A stretch of DNA of 53,193 nucleotides from an uncultured Bacteroidales bacterium (lineage in GTDB: Bacteria; Bacteroidota; Bacteroidia; Bacteroidales; CAIXZF01): assembly GCA_964386485.1 (NCBI GenBank), contig CAYLTH010000005.1, forward strand, positions 1 through 53,193, written 5' to 3'. A program made the translations under genes and the position numbers. Shown in pieces: positions 50,247 through 53,193 of this stretch (positions within the stretch are counted from its first letter, which is position 1; each line of letters opens with the position of its first letter). Below the pieces are notes generated by a model. That model saw nothing but the letters and a program-made list of their open reading frames with translations. It ran no database searches and was not told the origin of the DNA.

Positions 50247-51122
50247 ATGAAAAATAATATTCTTATCCTGCTCAGCCTTATTTTTTGTCTGGGTATTACA
50301 AGACCGGCTCTCTCACAGGACGACACGAGTGCTCCTGCCTCCTATCGGGCAAGCCTTCAGATGGTTTACACCAAAACGGTTGCAGCCAAATCATTTGCCA
50401 TCAGCCTAAGTTATATCAATAATGATCCCTGGCCGGTTGCCGGGGCAAAAATAAAAATTACGGCCGGACCTGAAAAACAGATTTCTCTTGGTGAAGTAAT
50501 CACTGAACCCAACGGAAAAATTGTTTTTAACCTAAAAGCAGAAGCCTCACTGCCAAAAGATCCGGAAGGATACTATCTTGTCCAGGCAGAATATGTTGGC
50601 AACGACAGCATCCAGCCGGCAGAATCTGAAGTAAAATTTCAGGATTTTACACTATCAATGGAGCTTGATGAAGCTGATTCTTCCCGTACAATCAACATAA
50701 AATGCTTCCAGTTAAACGACAAAGGTCAGGAAATCCCTCCATCAGAAATGCTGGTGAGCGTTTATGTCGCCCGTATGTTCAGTAATCTTAAGATCGGAGA
50801 AGTAACCCTTGATTCAACAGGAATTGGCACTTTTGAATTTCCATTTGACCTGGTAGGTGATTCGATTGGTAACCTGACCATTGTTACGCGGATTGATGAA
50901 CACGAAGTCTATGGAAATGTAGAAGTTCGTCAAACTGTCAAATGGGGGATTCCCACATTTCACAAAGTACCTGTTGGCAACAGAGCCTTATGGACACAAA
51001 TTGCCCCAACCTGGATGATAATAACCCTAATGATCATGTTGGCAGGTGTTTGGGGTCATTATGCCTATGCTATTATTAATATCCGCCGGATAAAAAAAGC
51101 AGGTGAAAAAACGAAGGCCTGA
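50247..51122 (+). CDS. Exported beta-rich protein with C-terminal TM anchor, unknown function
   Basis: 291 aa. Signal peptide MKNNILILLSLIFCLGITRPALSQ. Two beta-sandwich-like segments, with no Cys/His cofactor motifs. The C-terminal helix is WMIITLMIMLAGVWGHYAYAIINI followed by RRIKK. It starts 10 nt after the NrfD-like gene. Confidence 0.6.
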   Translation: MKNNILILLSLIFCLGITRPALSQDDTSAPASYRASLQMVYTKTVAAKSFAISLSYINNDPWPVAGAKIKITAGPEKQISLGEVITEPNGKIVFNLKAEASLPKDPEGYYLVQAEYVGNDSIQPAESEVKFQDFTLSMELDEADSSRTINIKCFQLNDKGQEIPPSEMLVSVYVARMFSNLKIGEVTLDSTGIGTFEFPFDLVGDSIGNLTIVTRIDEHEVYGNVEVRQTVKWGIPTFHKVPVGNRALWTQIAPTWMIITLMIMLAGVWGHYAYAIINIRRIKKAGEKTKA

Positions 51123-51143
51123 TGCAATTTTTTTCTTAATTTT

Positions 51144-51159
51144 GGCTTGATTTTTGAAA
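51144..51159 (+). promoter_or_regulatory. Sigma-54-type -24/-12 promoter candidate (TGGCTTG-ATTT-TTGAA), copy 1
   Basis: TGGC and TTG are at the canonical spacing of TGGCACG-N4-TTGCW. The -12 C is replaced by A. The site is homologous to the better copy at 51730. Confidence 0.3.
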
Positions 51160-51202
51160 TACAACTCTTAACAACCTAACCATAAATTAAAAACACACAA
51201 TC

Positions 51203-51604
51203 ATGAAACTAAAAATGTTAGCCTACGCAATGGTCCTGATTTTTGGATCAGCTATGTTACTGTCAATGACTTCTGCCCCACAGGCAAAGCCCTGGAACAC
51301 TCCTGACAAGTACATGAAAATGAAAGCTCCCAAATCAACTCCGGAATCTGTAAAAGCCGGCAAAGAACTCTATGCAAAATTTTGCAAATCCTGCCATGGT
51401 GTTACAGGTAAAGGTGACGGTACAAAAGCTGCCAGTCTGAAAACAAAAATGCTTCCACTTGGAGACAAAGCATTCAAATCACTCGTTGATGGTGACAAAT
51501 ACTACAGGTCATTTATCGGACGTGACGAGATGCCGAACTTCGAAAAGAAAGTTGCTGATGAAGCAGCTCGTTGGTCAATCATTCATTACATGGCTACCCT
51601 GTAA
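51203..51604 (+). CDS. Monohaem class-I cytochrome c, exported (copy 1)
   Basis: 133 aa. Signal peptide, a single CKSCHG haem site, and a distal Met candidate in GRDEMPNF. Confidence 0.85.
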   Translation: MKLKMLAYAMVLIFGSAMLLSMTSAPQAKPWNTPDKYMKMKAPKSTPESVKAGKELYAKFCKSCHGVTGKGDGTKAASLKTKMLPLGDKAFKSLVDGDKYYRSFIGRDEMPNFEKKVADEAARWSIIHYMATL

Positions 51605-51623
51605 TTCTGATTCAAGATTTTCG

Positions 51624-51658
51624 AAGAGGCTGTCTCCTAAAGGCAGCCTCTTTTTTTT
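51624..51658 (+). terminator. Intrinsic terminator after cytochrome c copy 1
   Basis: Stem AAGAGGCTG / CAGCCTCTT (9 bp) with an 11-nt loop, followed by T8. Confidence 0.75.
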
Positions 51659-51729
51659 ACCCATTAACAAATATTTACAATTATATATCTTGATTTCTAC
51701 ATACATAATAAGAATAATGCATACTTTCG

Positions 51730-51745
51730 TGGCCTGGTTTTTGCA
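51730..51745 (+). promoter_or_regulatory. Sigma-54-type -24/-12 promoter candidate (TGGCCTG-GTTT-TTGCA), copy 2
   Basis: It matches TGGC and TTGCA of the TGGCACG-N4-TTGCW consensus with exact spacing. The -12 G lies 41 nt upstream of the ATG at 51784. Confidence 0.5.
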
Positions 51746-51783
51746 AACCATGAACTTATTAATAACCAATTAAAAAAGAAACC

Positions 51784-52185
51784 ATGAAATTAAAAATGAT
51801 TGCTTACGCAATGGTTCTGGTATTCGGATCAACTTTATTGTTGTCCATGACCAGTACACAGGATTCTAAACCCTGGAAAACACCTGACAAATACATGAAG
51901 ATGAAAGCTCCGAAATCAACACCGGAGACTGTAAAAGCAGGGAAAGAACTGTATGCTAAGTTCTGCAAATCATGCCATGGCGCTACCGGTAAAGGTGATG
52001 GAACCAAAGCTGCCAGTCTGAAGACCAAAGTTAATTCCTTCTCAGAAAAATCATTTAAATCAGTTACCGACGGAGATAAGTATTTCAGATCATTTATTGG
52101 AAGAGATGAAATGCCAAACTTCGAAAAGAAAGTTCCTGAAGAAGCAAGCCGCTGGGCTATCATTCATTACATCAACACGCTGTAA
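51784..52185 (+). CDS. Monohaem class-I cytochrome c, exported (copy 2)
   Basis: 133 aa. It is a paralogue of the 51203 gene, with the same CKSCHG site and GRDEMPNF motif. Confidence 0.85.
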   Translation: MKLKMIAYAMVLVFGSTLLLSMTSTQDSKPWKTPDKYMKMKAPKSTPETVKAGKELYAKFCKSCHGATGKGDGTKAASLKTKVNSFSEKSFKSVTDGDKYFRSFIGRDEMPNFEKKVPEEASRWAIIHYINTL

Positions 52186-52198
52186 TCATTCCAGCCAA

Positions 52199-52237
52199 TA
52201 AAAAGAGGGCGCCTCAGAGGTGAGGCGCCCTTTTTTT
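52199..52237. terminator. Bidirectional intrinsic terminator between convergent genes
   Basis: Perfect 11-bp GC-rich stem AGGGCGCCTCA / TGAGGCGCCCT with the loop GAGG. It is flanked by an A-rich run upstream and T7 downstream, so it reads as a terminator on both strands. Confidence 0.8.
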
Positions 52238-52267
52238 ATATGCTAAACAAGATGAATCCAAAAATAA

Positions 52268-53059
52268 TTAACGAACAACCACTTTTTCCTGGTGGCGAAC
52301 AGCACCTTGCTGGATATCAAGAATATAGACTCCACTATTTAACCCTTCAGGTAGTTTAACAGACTCGTGATGCATCCCGCCTGCCAAGCTCGTATTTAAC
52401 AGTCTGGCTACTTCGCGTCCGGTAAGATCAAACAAACGAAGCTGCACAGCGCCCTGAGTTTCCATTGCAAAATCAACATTGATCATATTATTCACCGGAT
52501 TTGGGTATACTGAAAAACCACCACTAACTGAGTTTTCCATCAAACCAGTTGTACTTTCGGGTATGATCAGTGTACAGAGTTTTGTTACAGGTTCATTTAA
52601 GGTAAAGGCTCCATAAAAAGTCACATTGCCGGTTCCTGCAACAGGGGCTGTCCAGGAAAATGTTTTTACATAAGGATTCGCAGTGGAGCCGGAATTTTGA
52701 GTCACTGCTTTATTGCCATTGACAAGATGGGTTCCTGCTCCTGCGGTCAGGGTGCCAACCAATGCTCCGGTCGGTGTTTGAGGACTTACTTCAAACCCTT
52801 TTTTACTGGAACCGGTCAGGGTAATTGTTATTGTATAGGTAGTTCCTGGTACATAACCTCCCGGAGGAACATCAGAAGTCATATAACCGGTAGCACTGGT
52901 TGCCGAACCACCATGGCATTGAACACAATTTTTGGCATCTCCGGGAGATCCGGTATAGCCTCCGGGGCTGCCTCCGGGATACTTAGTATCTCCACCATAC
53001 GACTGTAATAATAAGGCCAGTGGAACCAAGCCTGTAATTAAAAGGTAGTTTCTTTTCAT
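52268..53059 (-). CDS. T9SS-sorted secreted protein with a single N-terminal CxxCH haem-binding motif
   Basis: 263 aa. Signal peptide. A Gly/Pro-rich segment leads to NCVQCHGG. A beta-rich domain of about 130 aa follows. The C-terminal T9SS sorting domain is FSVYPNPVNNMINVDF...SGVYILDIQQGAVRHQEKVVVR. Confidence 0.75.
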   Translation of the reverse strand: MKRNYLLITGLVPLALLLQSYGGDTKYPGGSPGGYTGSPGDAKNCVQCHGGSATSATGYMTSDVPPGGYVPGTTYTITITLTGSSKKGFEVSPQTPTGALVGTLTAGAGTHLVNGNKAVTQNSGSTANPYVKTFSWTAPVAGTGNVTFYGAFTLNEPVTKLCTLIIPESTTGLMENSVSGGFSVYPNPVNNMINVDFAMETQGAVQLRLFDLTGREVARLLNTSLAGGMHHESVKLPEGLNSGVYILDIQQGAVRHQEKVVVR

Positions 53060-53193
53060 ATATTGAATTGTTTATACAAAAATATATCAAAAAATTCTAA
53101 AATAAAAAAAACATCACTAATTTAGACCCTTTCTGATTAGCGATGAATAAGCACTTTCCCGTTCCGGATATAGTTCCCGGATGAAAAGCGATA

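Larger units (their letters stand above)
51144..52237 (+). repeat. Tandem duplication of two ~0.5-kb units (spaced ~0.58 kb apart), each comprising a -24/-12 promoter-like element, a monohaem cytochrome c gene and a terminator
   Basis: The two 133-aa products differ at about 27 positions by hand count (about 80 percent identity). The leaders share TGGC(T/C)TG(A/G)TTTTTG(A/C)A and AATTAAAAA elements at similar distances from the ATG. Confidence 0.8.

Noticed and set aside
46314-51122. Interpretation of the operon as Alternative Complex III (ActABCDEF).
   Set aside because: ACIII has a pentahaem ActA with an N-terminal anchor and a large ActB that fuses a molybdopterin-like domain to the Fe-S domain. 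It has two NrfD-like subunits (ActC and ActF) and a monohaem ActE, and no cytochrome b. Here there are seven haems with a C-terminal anchor, a 344-aa Fe-S protein without the molybdopterin-like domain, one NrfD-like gene and a cytochrome b.
47895-52185. Interpretation as the NosGH/NosC1C2 menaquinol dehydrogenase of clade II nitrous oxide reductase clusters, or as NrfBCD/PsrBC.
   Set aside because: No nosZ, nosD/F/Y/L, nrfA or psrA-type molybdopterin gene occurs anywhere in the window. The flanks are an Fnr-like regulator and a T9SS cargo gene. This cannot be excluded for genes outside the window, so it is listed as the refutation test in the main finding.
53081-53089. The 9-mer ATATATCAA upstream of the CxxCH T9SS cargo gene is identical to the right half of the 46147-46160 palindrome, hinting at shared Fnr-type control.
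   Set aside because: Only one half-site is present (the left half reads CAAAA instead of TTGAT/GTGAT). An AT-rich 9-mer can recur by chance in AT-rich promoter DNA.
53137-53193. Possible 3' end of a minus-strand gene running off the window (...YRFSSGNYIRNGKVLIHR-stop), reminiscent of the last strand of a T9SS C-terminal domain.
   Set aside because: Only 18 codons are visible, which is far too little to distinguish a real CDS or CTD from noise.
1-53193. Looked for tRNA/rRNA genes, CRISPR repeats, transposase/integrase genes, inverted terminal repeats and phage or defence-system genes.
   Set aside because: None was recognised. The intergenic regions are short (the largest is 281 bp) and every long ORF has a housekeeping, envelope or redox assignment. 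A computational scan (tRNAscan-SE, Infernal/Rfam, ISfinder, DefenseFinder) would be needed to exclude small elements.

Overview
This is a dense chromosomal window of about 46 protein genes from a member of the Bacteroidota. I recognised no rRNA, tRNA, CRISPR array or IS element by eye. The phylum call rests on four things: the type IX secretion/gliding core operon porP-gldK-gldL-gldM-gldN plus sprE/porW, proteins with T9SS C-terminal sorting domains, TTTG/TAnnTTTG promoter boxes, and mostly Shine-Dalgarno-free starts. Most of the window is housekeeping: tilS, recX, prfB (with its programmed +1 frameshift, which the ORF track misses), fumC, scoAB, tsaB, pheT, recG, rseP, dxr, mutAB, gpmI and lgt. 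It also holds a TolC/HlyD efflux pair, several peptidases, and an orphan sigma-54 activator with an Hpt protein. The stand-out region is 45.3-53.1 kb. There, an Fnr-like regulator with an N-terminal Cys cluster sits divergent from a tightly packed operon. The operon encodes a seven-haem membrane-anchored cytochrome c, a dihaem cytochrome b, a TAT-exported four-cluster Fe-S protein, a large NrfD-like membrane subunit and an unknown beta-rich anchored protein. Two tandemly duplicated monohaem cytochrome c genes follow, each with its own sigma-54-type -24/-12 promoter and terminator. A convergent T9SS-cargo protein carrying a single CxxCH motif closes the region. No catalytic subunit is present and the layout is not Alternative Complex III. 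I read it as a candidate undescribed quinol:cytochrome c / electron-export module, possibly linked to the cell surface through T9SS. All calls come from reading the translated ORFs and the DNA by eye. No database searches were run, and identities and motif counts are hand counts.
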